Below, in pieces: positions 20,336 through 30,319 of a stretch of DNA of 64,000 nucleotides. Both the position numbers and the translations under genes were made by a program. Below the pieces are notes generated by a model that saw nothing but the letters and a program-made list of their open reading frames with translations, searched no databases and was not told where the DNA came from. The stretch lies in NCBI GenBank assembly GCA_049609325.1, contig JBMYYK010000002.1, positions 10,382 through 74,381 of the forward strand, given 5' to 3'. Numbering within the stretch: position 1 is the stretch's first letter; each line of letters begins with the position of its first letter. This stretch comes from Flavobacteriaceae bacterium (lineage in GTDB: Bacteria; Bacteroidota; Bacteroidia; Flavobacteriales; Flavobacteriaceae).

Positions 20336-22537
20336 TTAATTGGCAACGTCACTAATGAATTTGATACGGTACAAACGCAATTCCTCATCATCATAATCTC
20401 CTTCAAACTCTTCTATGGCATCAGTTATTTTATCGGTTTCAGCTTCCATAAAATACTCATGAATTTCTTCTTGCTGATCTTCATCTAAATGATCTTCAAT
20501 CCAATAATTGATGTTCAGTTTTGTACCTGAATACACAATTTGTTCCATTTCCTTAATAAAATCTGCCATTTCCATCCCTTTGGCAGCAGCAATATCTGTT
20601 AATGGTAATTTCCTATCTACACTTTGAATAATATACAATTTTAAAGCAGAATTCACTCCAGTACTTTTCACCACTAGATCATCAGGTCTAACAATATCAT
20701 TATCTTCAACGTAAAGTTTAATCGCTTTAATAAATTCTTTACCGTATTTTTTTGCTTTACCTTCTCCTACACCATGTACTGTTTTTAACTCTTCTAAAGT
20801 GATAGGATATTTTAGCGCCATATCTTCTAATGACGGATCTTGGAATACTATGAATGGTGGCACCCCCAATTTATGAGCTTCCTTTTTACGTAAGCTTTTC
20901 AAGATCTTAATCAAATTTTTATCGGCAGATGCATCACCTCCCTTAGAAGCTATCAACACGCCTTCAGCTCCTTGATCTGTATACATATGATCTTCAGTCA
21001 TCATAAAGCTTTCTGGCGATTCTATAAACGCTTTCCCTTTATCGGTTAAACGTATAACGCCATAGGTTTCAATATCTTTTTTAATGAATTTCGCTACAAG
21101 TGCTTGACGGATTAAAGCCATCCAATAAGTAGCTTCTTTAGATTTACCGTTACCGAAAAACGGTTTCAAATCGGTTTTATGTGATGTTATTAACGCGTTT
21201 TTATCTCCGCGTAATGTACTCACTAAGTCCTTAGATTTGTATTTTTCTTTTGTAAGACTAACTGTTTCTAATAACAATTTTAATTCCTCTTGAGCTTCAT
21301 GTTGCTTTTTAGGATTTTTCATATTGTCATCCATATGTGCGCCTTCACCATTAACCTCATCAAAGTCTTCACCAAAGTAATGTAGTATGAATTTTCGCCT
21401 TGACATTGATGTTTCTGAATATGCCACCATTTCTTGTAATAAGGCATGACCAATTTCTTGTTCTGCTACTGGCTTGTTAGCCATGAATTTTTCCAGCTTT
21501 TCAATATCTTTATAGGCATAGAATGCTAAACAATGGCCTTCGCCACCATCACGACCACCACGACCAGTTTCCTGGTAATAACTTTCAATACTTTTAGGAA
21601 TATCATGATGAATTACAAATCTAACGTCTGGCTTGTCAATTCCCATACCAAAAGCTATGGTTGCTACAATAACATCTGTGTCCTCCATCAAGAACATATC
21701 TTGATGTTTTGCTCTTGTTTTAGTATCTAAACCGGCATGGTAAGGCAAGGCATTAATTCCATTTACCTGAAGGACTTGCGCCAACTCTTCAACGCGTTTT
21801 CTACTCAAGCAGTACACAATACCACTTTTCCCTTCATTTTGTTTAATGAAACGAATGATATCTGCATCAACATTTTTAGTTTTTGGCCGTACTTCATAAA
21901 ATAAATTCGGCCTGTTAAACGATGCTTTAAATGTTTCTGCATCTGGCATACCCAAGTTCTTTATAATGTCTTCTTGAACTTTAGGGGTTGCCGTAGCGGT
22001 TAAGGCTACAATAGAAATATCTTCACCTATTTTCTTAATTATGGTTCTTAGGTTTCTATATTCTGGCCTAAAATCATGCCCCCATTCTGAAATACAATGG
22101 GCTTCATCAACAGCCATAAATGAAATTTTTACTGAGCGCAAAAATTCAATATTCTCTTCTTTTGTTAACGATTCTGGCGCAACATATAACAACTTAGTCA
22201 CCCCATTAATCATATCCTCTTTAACCTGCTTAACTTCTGTTTTTGTTAAAGATGAATTCAACACATGAGCAATACCCTTTTCAGATGAAATTCCTCTTAT
22301 GGCATCAACTTGATTTTTCATTAATGCAATTAATGGTGATACCACAATTGCTGTACCTTCACACATTAATGCTGGCAATTGAAAACACAATGATTTCCCT
22401 CCACCCGTAGGCATAATTACAAATGTATTTTTACCTTTCAATACATTTTTAACTACATCTTCTTGCAGTCCTTTAAACTGAGAAAAACCAAAATATTTTT
22501 TTAATGATGTCTGTAAGTCAGTTTGATTAAAATCCAT
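20336..22537 (-). CDS. recQ: ATP-dependent DNA helicase RecQ
   Basis: 733 aa. FGFSQFKGLQ, PTGGGKSLCFQ, VDEAHCISEWGHDFRPEY, plus HRDC and a C-terminal extension. Confidence 0.96.
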   Translation of the reverse strand: MDFNQTDLQTSLKKYFGFSQFKGLQEDVVKNVLKGKNTFVIMPTGGGKSLCFQLPALMCEGTAIVVSPLIALMKNQVDAIRGISSEKGIAHVLNSSLTKTEVKQVKEDMINGVTKLLYVAPESLTKEENIEFLRSVKISFMAVDEAHCISEWGHDFRPEYRNLRTIIKKIGEDISIVALTATATPKVQEDIIKNLGMPDAETFKASFNRPNLFYEVRPKTKNVDADIIRFIKQNEGKSGIVYCLSRKRVEELAQVLQVNGINALPYHAGLDTKTRAKHQDMFLMEDTDVIVATIAFGMGIDKPDVRFVIHHDIPKSIESYYQETGRGGRDGGEGHCLAFYAYKDIEKLEKFMANKPVAEQEIGHALLQEMVAYSETSMSRRKFILHYFGEDFDEVNGEGAHMDDNMKNPKKQHEAQEELKLLLETVSLTKEKYKSKDLVSTLRGDKNALITSHKTDLKPFFGNGKSKEATYWMALIRQALVAKFIKKDIETYGVIRLTDKGKAFIESPESFMMTEDHMYTDQGAEGVLIASKGGDASADKNLIKILKSLRKKEAHKLGVPPFIVFQDPSLEDMALKYPITLEELKTVHGVGEGKAKKYGKEFIKAIKLYVEDNDIVRPDDLVVKSTGVNSALKLYIIQSVDRKLPLTDIAAAKGMEMADFIKEMEQIVYSGTKLNINYWIEDHLDEDQQEEIHEYFMEAETDKITDAIEEFEGDYDDEELRLYRIKFISDVAN

Positions 22538-22790
22538 TCTTTTTTAACTATTTAATAAGCTCTGTTAAATATATCACAAAATGAAACATTTTTTTAATCA
22601 TAACTAATCTGTATCTGATAAAAATAAAGTAATTTCGTTTTGAGAATATTAAAGATAGTATTTTTATTTAAAATTGTTCAATTCAATTTTGTAAAAATCG
22701 TCTTAATTTTCAGCTTTTAACTAATACAAACTTAATCAGCCAATCACTATTTCACAACAGTTTTTGCTGATTTTTTAACAATTATTTCAA

Positions 22791-23759
22791 GTGGACAACA
22801 TCGATAAAATTATTGATATAGCTAAGACAACAATACGTATTGAACAAGAGGCTATTGCTAATTTAATAAACTCGGTAGACATTGAATTTGCCGAAGCTGT
22901 AAACCACATTTTTACATCAAAAGGACGCGTTGTAATTTCTGGTATTGGAAAAAGCGCGAATATTGCAACAAAAATTGTAGCAACGCTAAATTCTACAGGA
23001 ACTCCAGCAATATTTATGCATGCTGCTGATGCGATTCATGGTGATCTTGGTACTATTCAACAAAATGATACTGTTATTTGTATTTCAAAAAGCGGGAATA
23101 CTCCTGAAATAAAAGTATTGGTTCCGTTAATTAAAAATGGCGGACACAAACTTATTGCCATTACATCAAACCGAAACTCGTTTTTAGGCACAGAAGCCGA
23201 TTATGTATTACATGCTTATGCTGAAAAAGAAGCCTGCCCTAACAATTTAGCGCCTACAACCAGTACCACTGCGCAATTGGTAATGGGTGACGCACTAGCG
23301 GTTTCACTTTTGCATTTAAAAGATTTTACAAGTAATGACTTTGCCAAATTCCACCCTGGAGGGGCCTTAGGTAAACGGTTATATTTACGAGTTAAAGACT
23401 TGATTTCAAAAAATGAGCAACCAGCCGTAAAGGCTTCAGATTCTATCAAAGATGTGATCATTGAAATTTCTAACAAACGTCTTGGAGTTACTGCTGTTAT
23501 TGACGCTTCAGAAAAAATAATTGGAATTATTACCGATGGTGATTTAAGACGTATGTTAACCAAAACTGACGATTTCACTAAATTAACTGCCGCAGACATC
23601 ATGTCAGTATCGCCAAAAACACTAACTAGTGATGCTATGGCTATTGATGCAAAAGAAGTTTTAGAACACAATAACATCTCACAGTTGCTTGTTGAAGATG
23701 ACAATCAATACAAAGGAGTTGTTCACATACATGATCTAATTAAAGAAGGAATCATATAA
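22791..23759 (+). CDS. kpsF: KpsF/GutQ-family arabinose-5-phosphate isomerase (SIS + tandem CBS)
   Basis: 322 aa. SGIGKS SIS motif, two CBS repeats, GTG start. Confidence 0.9.
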   Translation: MDNIDKIIDIAKTTIRIEQEAIANLINSVDIEFAEAVNHIFTSKGRVVISGIGKSANIATKIVATLNSTGTPAIFMHAADAIHGDLGTIQQNDTVICISKSGNTPEIKVLVPLIKNGGHKLIAITSNRNSFLGTEADYVLHAYAEKEACPNNLAPTTSTTAQLVMGDALAVSLLHLKDFTSNDFAKFHPGGALGKRLYLRVKDLISKNEQPAVKASDSIKDVIIEISNKRLGVTAVIDASEKIIGIITDGDLRRMLTKTDDFTKLTAADIMSVSPKTLTSDAMAIDAKEVLEHNNISQLLVEDDNQYKGVVHIHDLIKEGII

Positions 23760-23761
23760 CT

Positions 23762-24586
23762 ATGGCTAAAAAAGACCCAAACCAAATGTCCTTTCTAGAC
23801 CATTTAGAAGAATTAAGAGGCCATTTGATAAAATCAACCTTAGCAATTTTAGCGTTTGCCACTGTTGCGTTTGTATGTAAAAAAATTGTATTTAAACACA
23901 TTTTATTTGCCCCTACAAAAATAGGTTTTATAACCTACCAAGGTTTATGTAACCTGTCAAAAGCCTTGGGCATGGATGAAAGTTTATGCATTGAAATGAT
24001 GCCTTTTGAAATACAAAGTAGAACTTTAGCAGGGCAATTTTCTGCACATATATGGGTATCAATAACCTTTGGGTTTATCGTTGCTTTTCCGTTTGTGATA
24101 TACCAATTTTGGAAGTTCGTAAGTCCTGGATTACACAGCAATGAACGCAAATCATCAAGAGGATTTATCATAGCCGCCTCATTCTTGTTTTTTACTGGAG
24201 TGTTGTTTGGTTACTACATCATATGCCCTTTATCAATCAATTTTTTAGGAAATTACAGTGTTGATACTACCATACACAATGATTTTGACCTAGACTCTTA
24301 CATTGGACTTGTTAGAGCCTGTACTTTGGCTTCAGGATTAATTTTTGAACTCCCTATCATCATCTACTTTTTAACAAAAGTTGGTTTAGTTACTCCAGAG
24401 TTCTTAAAAAAACAACGAAAAATTGCTTTAGTAGTCATATTAATTATTTCAGCTGTAATTACACCACCCGATTTGGCCAGCCAAGTTATTGTAGCCATAC
24501 CAGTATTAATACTATATGAAATAAGTATAGTCATATCAAAACGCGTTTTAAAGAAACAACAAAAAAGAGCATTACAGAACATCTAA
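23762..24586 (+). CDS. tatC: Twin-arginine translocase subunit TatC
   Basis: 274 aa. MSFLDHLEELR N-terminus, six TM segments, FVSPGL motif. Confidence 0.93.
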   Translation: MAKKDPNQMSFLDHLEELRGHLIKSTLAILAFATVAFVCKKIVFKHILFAPTKIGFITYQGLCNLSKALGMDESLCIEMMPFEIQSRTLAGQFSAHIWVSITFGFIVAFPFVIYQFWKFVSPGLHSNERKSSRGFIIAASFLFFTGVLFGYYIICPLSINFLGNYSVDTTIHNDFDLDSYIGLVRACTLASGLIFELPIIIYFLTKVGLVTPEFLKKQRKIALVVILIISAVITPPDLASQVIVAIPVLILYEISIVISKRVLKKQQKRALQNI

Positions 24587-24597
24587 TACATATTACC

Positions 24598-24951
24598 ATG
24601 AACGATAAAATAAAAGAATTTGACGCCTACAGAGATAAAATGAATAAACGCATTTTACAAGACGACAATAAAATTCTACACCGTATTTTTAACTTAGACA
24701 CAAAGGCTTTTCAAGAAGGCGCATTAGATGTACGCACTAAAGAGCTTTTAGGCTTAGTAGCCTCTTTAGTATTACGTTGTGACGACTGTGTAAAATACCA
24801 CTTAGAGTCATGCCACAAAGCTGGGTTAAACGGTAAAGAAGTTGCAGAAGCTTTAAGTATTGCGACCTTGGTTGGAGGAACAATTGTAATACCACACTTA
24901 AGGCGCGCTTATGAATTCTGGGATGCTATTCAAGAAAATGTAAACAGTTAA
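24598..24951 (+). CDS. Carboxymuconolactone decarboxylase (AhpD-like) family protein
   Basis: 117 aa. CDDCVKYH CxxC-H motif of the CMD/AhpD fold. Confidence 0.82.
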   Translation: MNDKIKEFDAYRDKMNKRILQDDNKILHRIFNLDTKAFQEGALDVRTKELLGLVASLVLRCDDCVKYHLESCHKAGLNGKEVAEALSIATLVGGTIVIPHLRRAYEFWDAIQENVNS

Positions 24952-25017
24952 ATACATGCCAAACTTTTACAACATATAACATATATGTGTATTTTTACAA
25001 TTGTATAAACTCAATTT

Positions 25018-25761
25018 ATGATCTTAAGAGCTGAAAATATTAAGAAATCCTACAAAAACAAACTTGCTGTTAAAGGAATTTCTGTTGAAGTAAAACAAGG
25101 AGAAATTGTTGGACTATTAGGCCCTAATGGTGCTGGAAAAACAACTTCATTTTACATGATTGTTGGACTTATAAAACCTACAGAAGGGAAAATATTTTTA
25201 GACAATACTGAAATCACCAAATTTCCAATGTACAAACGTGCACAACACGGTATTGGGTATTTAGCTCAAGAGGCATCTGTATTTAGAAAGCTTACAGTTC
25301 AAGAAAACATCATGAGTGTTTTAGAATTAACTGATTTACCACGAAAAGAACAACTTGAACGTACTGAGCAACTCATTGAAGAATTTAACTTACAAGAGCG
25401 ACGTGACAGACGTGGCGACTTACTATCTGGTGGTGAACGCAGAAGAACAGAAATTGCTAGAGCATTGGCCACCAATCCGAGTTTCATTTTACTAGATGAA
25501 CCGTTTGCGGGTGTAGACCCTGTTGCTGTTGAAGACATACAACGCATTATTGCTCAGTTGAAAGACAAGAATATTGGTATTCTAATCACAGATCATAACG
25601 TACAAGAAACTTTAGCAATTACAGATAGAACCTATTTAATGTTTGAAGGAAACATCTTAAAACATGGGGTTCCTGAAGAACTTGCAGAAGATGAAATGGT
25701 GCGTAAAGTATATCTTGGACAAAATTTTGAATTACGTAAGAAGAAATTAGATTTCAACTAA
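25018..25761 (+). CDS. lptB: LPS export ABC transporter ATP-binding protein
   Basis: 247 aa. GPNGAGKTT, LSGGERRR, ILLDEPFAGVDP and the C-terminal LptB-type tail. Confidence 0.93.
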   Translation: MILRAENIKKSYKNKLAVKGISVEVKQGEIVGLLGPNGAGKTTSFYMIVGLIKPTEGKIFLDNTEITKFPMYKRAQHGIGYLAQEASVFRKLTVQENIMSVLELTDLPRKEQLERTEQLIEEFNLQERRDRRGDLLSGGERRRTEIARALATNPSFILLDEPFAGVDPVAVEDIQRIIAQLKDKNIGILITDHNVQETLAITDRTYLMFEGNILKHGVPEELAEDEMVRKVYLGQNFELRKKKLDFN

Positions 25762-25786
25762 TTAAAATTTACACAAACAACATATA

Positions 25787-25826
25787 AACTCCTACTTTTT
25801 CACCAATTGTAGGAGTTCTTTTTTTG
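25787..25826 (+). terminator. Terminator of lptB, overlapping the 3' codons of the convergent GH25 gene
   Basis: AACTCCTAC-13 nt loop-GTAGGAGTT followed by cttttttt. Confidence 0.6.
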
Positions 25827-26652
25827 TGCCATTATAGATGTTAACGTCTACAAATTCCTTTATACCATTCACACTCCCTTTGTCCGTAAACTGCCAAAAA
25901 CTCCAGTCGTCATCTATGTTTTCCACATAATAATTGTAATTGGCTATCCAGCAGGTATACTCAGCAAAATCATGGTACAAATGCTCATTGTAAAACGATT
26001 CCCCTGAATAGATTATAGGCTTAACACCATAATGTTGCTCAATGCGTTTCAACCATTTACGTAACCCTAGTTTCAAATTGTCCATGCTTTGAATTCTCGG
26101 AATATCTTCAATATCCAATACAGGAGGTAAATCACCATATTGAAGTTTTACCGTTCTTATAAAATTATCGGCTTGAAATAATGAATTTTCATTGGGGCGG
26201 TAATAATGGTAAGCTCCGCGAATTAATCCTTTCTCTTTTGCAGCTTTCCAATTAACATCAAATTTTCTATCAACTTTTACGCTTCCAGCTGTTGCTCTTA
26301 CAAACACAAATGACAACGGAAAACTATCTTGTATTTTAGAGACCTTATCCCATTGTATACGTCCTTGATAATGCGATACATCAATACCATAAGTTTTATC
26401 TTGATGGTGTTGTAGCACATCAAAAATACGTAATTGTGTGGTCACAGACGAGACTTTAATTGCTTCCGTCTGTTCTATCCGCTGAAATATTAAATAGTAA
26501 ATTGTGTATCTATAATGCCAAATCCCACAGCTTAATAAGACAAAAAATATGGGGAATAAAATATGTTTTTTAAAAGAAAATTTAGATTGCTTTTTCCTTT
26601 TTTTTGACTTAGATACCCTTTTACGTTTCTGCGTAACTTTACCAGAAGCCAT
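25792..26652 (-). CDS. Membrane-anchored GH25 muramidase (lysozyme)
   Basis: GIDVSHYQGRIQWDKV and VFVRATAG GH25 motifs, a polybasic N-terminus (KRKRVSKSKKRKKQSK) and one TM segment. An alternative start at 26667 would overlap pssA by 14 nt. Confidence 0.85.
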   Translation of the reverse strand: MASGKVTQKRKRVSKSKKRKKQSKFSFKKHILFPIFFVLLSCGIWHYRYTIYYLIFQRIEQTEAIKVSSVTTQLRIFDVLQHHQDKTYGIDVSHYQGRIQWDKVSKIQDSFPLSFVFVRATAGSVKVDRKFDVNWKAAKEKGLIRGAYHYYRPNENSLFQADNFIRTVKLQYGDLPPVLDIEDIPRIQSMDNLKLGLRKWLKRIEQHYGVKPIIYSGESFYNEHLYHDFAEYTCWIANYNYYVENIDDDWSFWQFTDKGSVNGIKEFVDVNIYNGTKKELLQLVKK

Positions 26653-26653
26653 A

Positions 26654-27391
26654 TTATTTTTTAGCATTAATTACTACAGACAGCAGTATATATAACAGGA
26701 TAATTAATGGTATTGCGGTATAACTTAGCACTGCGAGTAGCACAATAGAAGTTAGTAAAAACATATATGTAACTACATTGTCTTTAAATGCGTAGGTTTT
26801 CATTTTTAATGAAAACAATGGCAATTCAGCATTTAACAGATAACAACTTAGCAGTGTTATACCAATCAACATCCATTTATTTAAAATCAAGTTGTTAATC
26901 CACAACACATCATTACTCATTAAAATTAATGGTAAACTTAAAATCAGTAGCGTATTTGCAGGTGTTGGTAACCCTATAAATGAATCGGTTTGACGGGTAT
27001 CAATATTAAATTTTGCCAAACGGTAACATGATGCCAATGTAATTAACAAACCAATTAGTGGCAAGAAACTATACGGAGCAACCTCATAACCTAACAACAC
27101 ACTTTCTAAATTAACAGGAAATGGATGAGATGTTTTTTCTAATAACTTAAACATAACAATACCTGGCACTACTCCACTAGTAACCATATCTGCTAAAGAA
27201 TCTAATTGCAAGCCTAACTCACTTTTTACATTTAGTAAACGTGCAGCAAAACCATCAAAAAAATCAAAGACAATTCCTAGAATAACAAACACAGCGGCTA
27301 AAAACAAGTTATTTTCAACTGCAAAAATGACTGCTATACATCCACAAAAAAGGTTTAATAAGGTGATGATATTCGGAATATGTTTTTTCAT
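26654..27391 (-). CDS. pssA: CDP-alcohol phosphatidyltransferase (phosphatidylserine synthase-like)
   Basis: 245 aa, polytopic. DFFDGFAARLLNVKSELGLQLDSLADMV matches the DG-AR-G-D-D motif. Confidence 0.85.
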   Translation of the reverse strand: MKKHIPNIITLLNLFCGCIAVIFAVENNLFLAAVFVILGIVFDFFDGFAARLLNVKSELGLQLDSLADMVTSGVVPGIVMFKLLEKTSHPFPVNLESVLLGYEVAPYSFLPLIGLLITLASCYRLAKFNIDTRQTDSFIGLPTPANTLLILSLPLILMSNDVLWINNLILNKWMLIGITLLSCYLLNAELPLFSLKMKTYAFKDNVVTYMFLLTSIVLLAVLSYTAIPLIILLYILLSVVINAKK

Positions 27392-27460
27392 GAATTATAT
27401 GTTCTTTGGTGTAAAAATAAGAAAGTTTTCAATCACTCTCCATCCTATATCTGATTCAAA

Positions 27461-28306
27461 TTATTTACTAGCTTTTAACATTCTGTCATTACCAGACAAA
27501 TCTTTACGCAGCTCAACAGAAGAAAACCCGTAACTCTTAACTAAATCAACCGTTTTTTGCCCTAAATATTGATTAATTTCAAAATACAACACTCCGTTAT
27601 CAGTTAGATTATCAACTGCAAATTCCGTTATTTTTTTATAAAAAATTAATGGATCATTATCTTCAACAAACAAAGCCAAATGTGGTTCATATGCCAACAC
27701 ATTTTTTTTGATCTCTTGTTTTTCTAAATGCCTTACATATGGTGGATTTGACACTATCACATCATACTTCGCAGTAGTATTAGCATAAGTCAGTATATCA
27801 TCATTTATAAACGCCACATCAACACCATGAGTCTTTGCATTAAATGTTGCAACTTCAAGTGCTTCTTCCGAAACATCCATACTAACAACACTTGCTTGTT
27901 TCATGTGTTTAGCTAAACTGATAGGAATACACCCTGATCCCGTACCAACATCTAATACTGTGAGTTTATTTTTGTTTGAATTATCTTTTAAAATCCAATC
28001 AACTAACTCTTCTGTTTCTGGACGTGGTATTAAAGTAGCTTTCGTCACTTTAAAATTCAATCCGAAAAAATCTGTACTCCCTATGATATATTGTATTGGT
28101 TTTTCTTGTTGCAAGTCAACCAGAGCGTTTTTAAAATATAATTCGTCATCAGACTTCAATTCAAAATCTGGTTTTAAAACGACATCAATTTTTGACAGTT
28201 GCAATTTATATTCAACCAAACGATAGAAAAACGCATCTATTTCTGACAGTTCAAAAACAGACGACAATTTCTCTCTAAACAGTATTTTTAACTGATTTAA
28301 ATTCAT
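27461..28306 (-). CDS. prmC: Peptide chain release factor N5-glutamine methyltransferase
   Basis: 281 aa. LDVGTGSGCI SAM motif and VSNPPYV. Confidence 0.9.
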   Translation of the reverse strand: MNLNQLKILFREKLSSVFELSEIDAFFYRLVEYKLQLSKIDVVLKPDFELKSDDELYFKNALVDLQQEKPIQYIIGSTDFFGLNFKVTKATLIPRPETEELVDWILKDNSNKNKLTVLDVGTGSGCIPISLAKHMKQASVVSMDVSEEALEVATFNAKTHGVDVAFINDDILTYANTTAKYDVIVSNPPYVRHLEKQEIKKNVLAYEPHLALFVEDNDPLIFYKKITEFAVDNLTDNGVLYFEINQYLGQKTVDLVKSYGFSSVELRKDLSGNDRMLKASK

Positions 28307-28315
28307 GGTTATAAA

Positions 28316-28804
28316 CTATATGTCTTTAATCATCCATTTAGAACAGCTATAATGCCCAGTATCTCCTAATGGTTTATCTAATGACACAAAACCAGTTTTT
28401 GCATATAACTTTACTGCCGAGGTCATATAAGGCAAGGTTTCTAAATAACATTTATCAAACCCGAATTCTTTAGCCGCACTCAAACACTTTTGCATCATTT
28501 GCGCGCCAAAACCTTTTCCTCTAGCCTCAGGAGAAAAATACATTTTCTGTAATTCGCAGATGTTTTCTTCTGAGTTGTCTAACTGTGAAATTCCGGCTGC
28601 TCCAACCACTTTTTTGTTAAGTTCAGCTACAAAATAAATTGCTCTTTCTTTATTATACACTTCAGATAAGACATCTAAAGATTTATCTTCATACGCAGTA
28701 CCAACCTTTGGTGCTCCTAGCTCTAGCAACACCTCTCTAATCATTTTTGCTACTGCCGCATTATCTGCTGCTTCTATTTCTCGTATTAATATTTCAGACA
28801 TCAA
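28316..28804 (-). CDS. GNAT family N-acetyltransferase
   Basis: 162 aa. ARGKGFGAQMMQ acetyl-CoA motif. Confidence 0.85.
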   Translation of the reverse strand: MMSEILIREIEAADNAAVAKMIREVLLELGAPKVGTAYEDKSLDVLSEVYNKERAIYFVAELNKKVVGAAGISQLDNSEENICELQKMYFSPEARGKGFGAQMMQKCLSAAKEFGFDKCYLETLPYMTSAVKLYAKTGFVSLDKPLGDTGHYSCSKWMIKDI

Positions 28805-28814
28805 TATAAAAGGC

Positions 28815-28822
28815 TATTTTTG
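28815..28822 (+). promoter_or_regulatory. -7 box TATTTTTG for the LEA_2-like lipoprotein / ribD operon
   Basis: Exact TAnnTTTG 19 nt upstream of ATG 28842. Confidence 0.5.
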
Positions 28823-28841
28823 TGTTGTAAAATTACCATTT

Positions 28842-29294
28842 ATGAAACAAATAGCAGCACTTTTAATTATAATTTCAATGTTATCATCTTGTGTTTCAAA
28901 ACAAATTGAATACCAAGGTGTTGACAACATCAACATTTTATCCTTGAGCGGACAAGAAATCACTTTAAGCGCTGATGCTATTTTTAAAAACCCTAACATT
29001 TTAGGAGGAAAAGTAATTCCTGACAACATCGTGGTTTTTATAGACGATAAAGAAGTTACTTCGGTAAAATCTGAAGAATTCAGAGTTCCTGCAAAAGAAG
29101 AGTTTAGTGTACCATTAGAAGTTACCATTCCTTTTGATAAAATTCCTGGAAATAAAAACGGTGGATTATTAGGTGCAGTTTTAGGAAGCATCAACAAAGC
29201 ACACAAGGTCACTTTTAAAGGTGTTTTATATTACCGAGTTGCAGGATTTAAATCTACCTATAACATAAACCATACAGAAGACATAAAGTTATAA
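28842..29294 (+). CDS. LEA_2-like (water-stress/hypersensitive-response domain) lipoprotein
   Basis: 150 aa. Lipobox MLSSC and a beta-sandwich-like pattern. A TATTTTTG -7 box lies 20 nt upstream. The antisense ORF 28814-29212 is a shadow. Confidence 0.7.
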   Translation: MKQIAALLIIISMLSSCVSKQIEYQGVDNINILSLSGQEITLSADAIFKNPNILGGKVIPDNIVVFIDDKEVTSVKSEEFRVPAKEEFSVPLEVTIPFDKIPGNKNGGLLGAVLGSINKAHKVTFKGVLYYRVAGFKSTYNINHTEDIKL

Positions 29295-30319
29295 CACACG
29301 ACATTTACATACAACGCTGCATTGAGCTTGCTAAAAACGGATTAGGCACCACATACCCTAACCCTTTAGTAGGAAGTGTTATTGTGCATAATAACAAAAT
29401 TATTGGCGAAGGTTGGCATTACCAAGCGGGTCAACCACATGCAGAAGTTAATGCTATCAATTCGGTAAAAGACAAATCCTTACTTAAAAACGCTACCATT
29501 TACGTGTCACTAGAACCTTGTAGCCATTTTGGAAAAACCCCACCATGTGCCGATTTGATTACCAAACACCACATAAAAAATGTAGTTATTGGTTGTGTAG
29601 ATTCGTTTTCAGAAGTGTCTGGTAGAGGGATTGAGAAGTTAAAAGCTAAGGGCTGTAATGTGACAGTTGGCGTTTTAGAAGAGGAATGTTTAAAGCTAAA
29701 TAAACGTTTTTTTACATTTCACACTAAACAACGTCCGTATATCATTTTAAAATGGGCAGAAACTTCTGATGGCTTTATTGCTCCAGACAACAATAGTCAA
29801 ATTACCTGGATTACCAATACATACTCTAGACAGTTAGTACATAAGCTACGTGCAGAGGAACAAGCAATATTAATTGGCACTAATACCGCACTAATTGACA
29901 ATCCTAAATTAAATTCTAGAGATTGGCATGGCACACACCCTGTAAGAGTTGTGTTAGACAAACAACTTCGCATACCTAGTACGCATTCAATTTTTGACCA
30001 GAGCATAAAGACTATTGTTATTACCGAAGTTAACAAAGTTAGCTCAGCGAATATAGTCTACGAACATATAGATTTTTCAAGTCAAATAGCACAACAAATA
30101 TGTACTATCCTCTATAAACACCAAATTCAATCGGTAATTATTGAAGGCGGCGCGCAAACATTACAAACTTTTATTGACAGTAATATCTGGGATGAAGCAT
30201 ACATGTTTAAAGGACCAAACACGTTTACATCAGGTTTAAAGTCGCCGCAACTTAATGGACATATGGCTTCTTCTAAACCTATTAAAGACAACCAACTTAT
30301 AGTGTACAATAATGATTAA
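29291..30319 (+). CDS. ribD: Bifunctional riboflavin biosynthesis deaminase/reductase RibD (start codon uncertain)
   Basis: HAEVNAI and PCSHFGKTPPC deaminase motifs plus a C-terminal reductase domain. The frame is open from 29264 and encodes the conserved ..THDIYIQRCIELAKNGLGTTYPNPLVGSVI upstream of the first canonical start (GTG 29384). I propose ATA 29291 as the start. Confidence 0.85.
   Translation: MTHDIYIQRCIELAKNGLGTTYPNPLVGSVIVHNNKIIGEGWHYQAGQPHAEVNAINSVKDKSLLKNATIYVSLEPCSHFGKTPPCADLITKHHIKNVVIGCVDSFSEVSGRGIEKLKAKGCNVTVGVLEEECLKLNKRFFTFHTKQRPYIILKWAETSDGFIAPDNNSQITWITNTYSRQLVHKLRAEEQAILIGTNTALIDNPKLNSRDWHGTHPVRVVLDKQLRIPSTHSIFDQSIKTIVITEVNKVSSANIVYEHIDFSSQIAQQICTILYKHQIQSVIIEGGAQTLQTFIDSNIWDEAYMFKGPNTFTSGLKSPQLNGHMASSKPIKDNQLIVYNND

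Noticed and set aside
22538-22790. 253-bp AT-rich recQ/kpsF divergent spacer as a possible ncRNA or origin
   Set aside because: It has no GC-rich helices, no DnaA boxes and no ORF longer than a few codons. The only hairpin, AATCAGC-24 nt-GCTGATT, is weak. It is most simply two divergent promoters.
23216-23704. 162-aa minus-strand ORF inside kpsF. Similar cases are 14816-15235 in comM, 16743-17180 in dsbD, 28814-29212 in the LEA-like gene, 34863-35279 in the methyltransferase, 39942-40385 in htrA and 59851-60237 in the OMP gene.
   Set aside because: All lie fully within, and antisense to, ORFs with clear family motifs. Their translations are low-complexity and motif-free. This is the typical frame -1 shadow of codon-biased genes.
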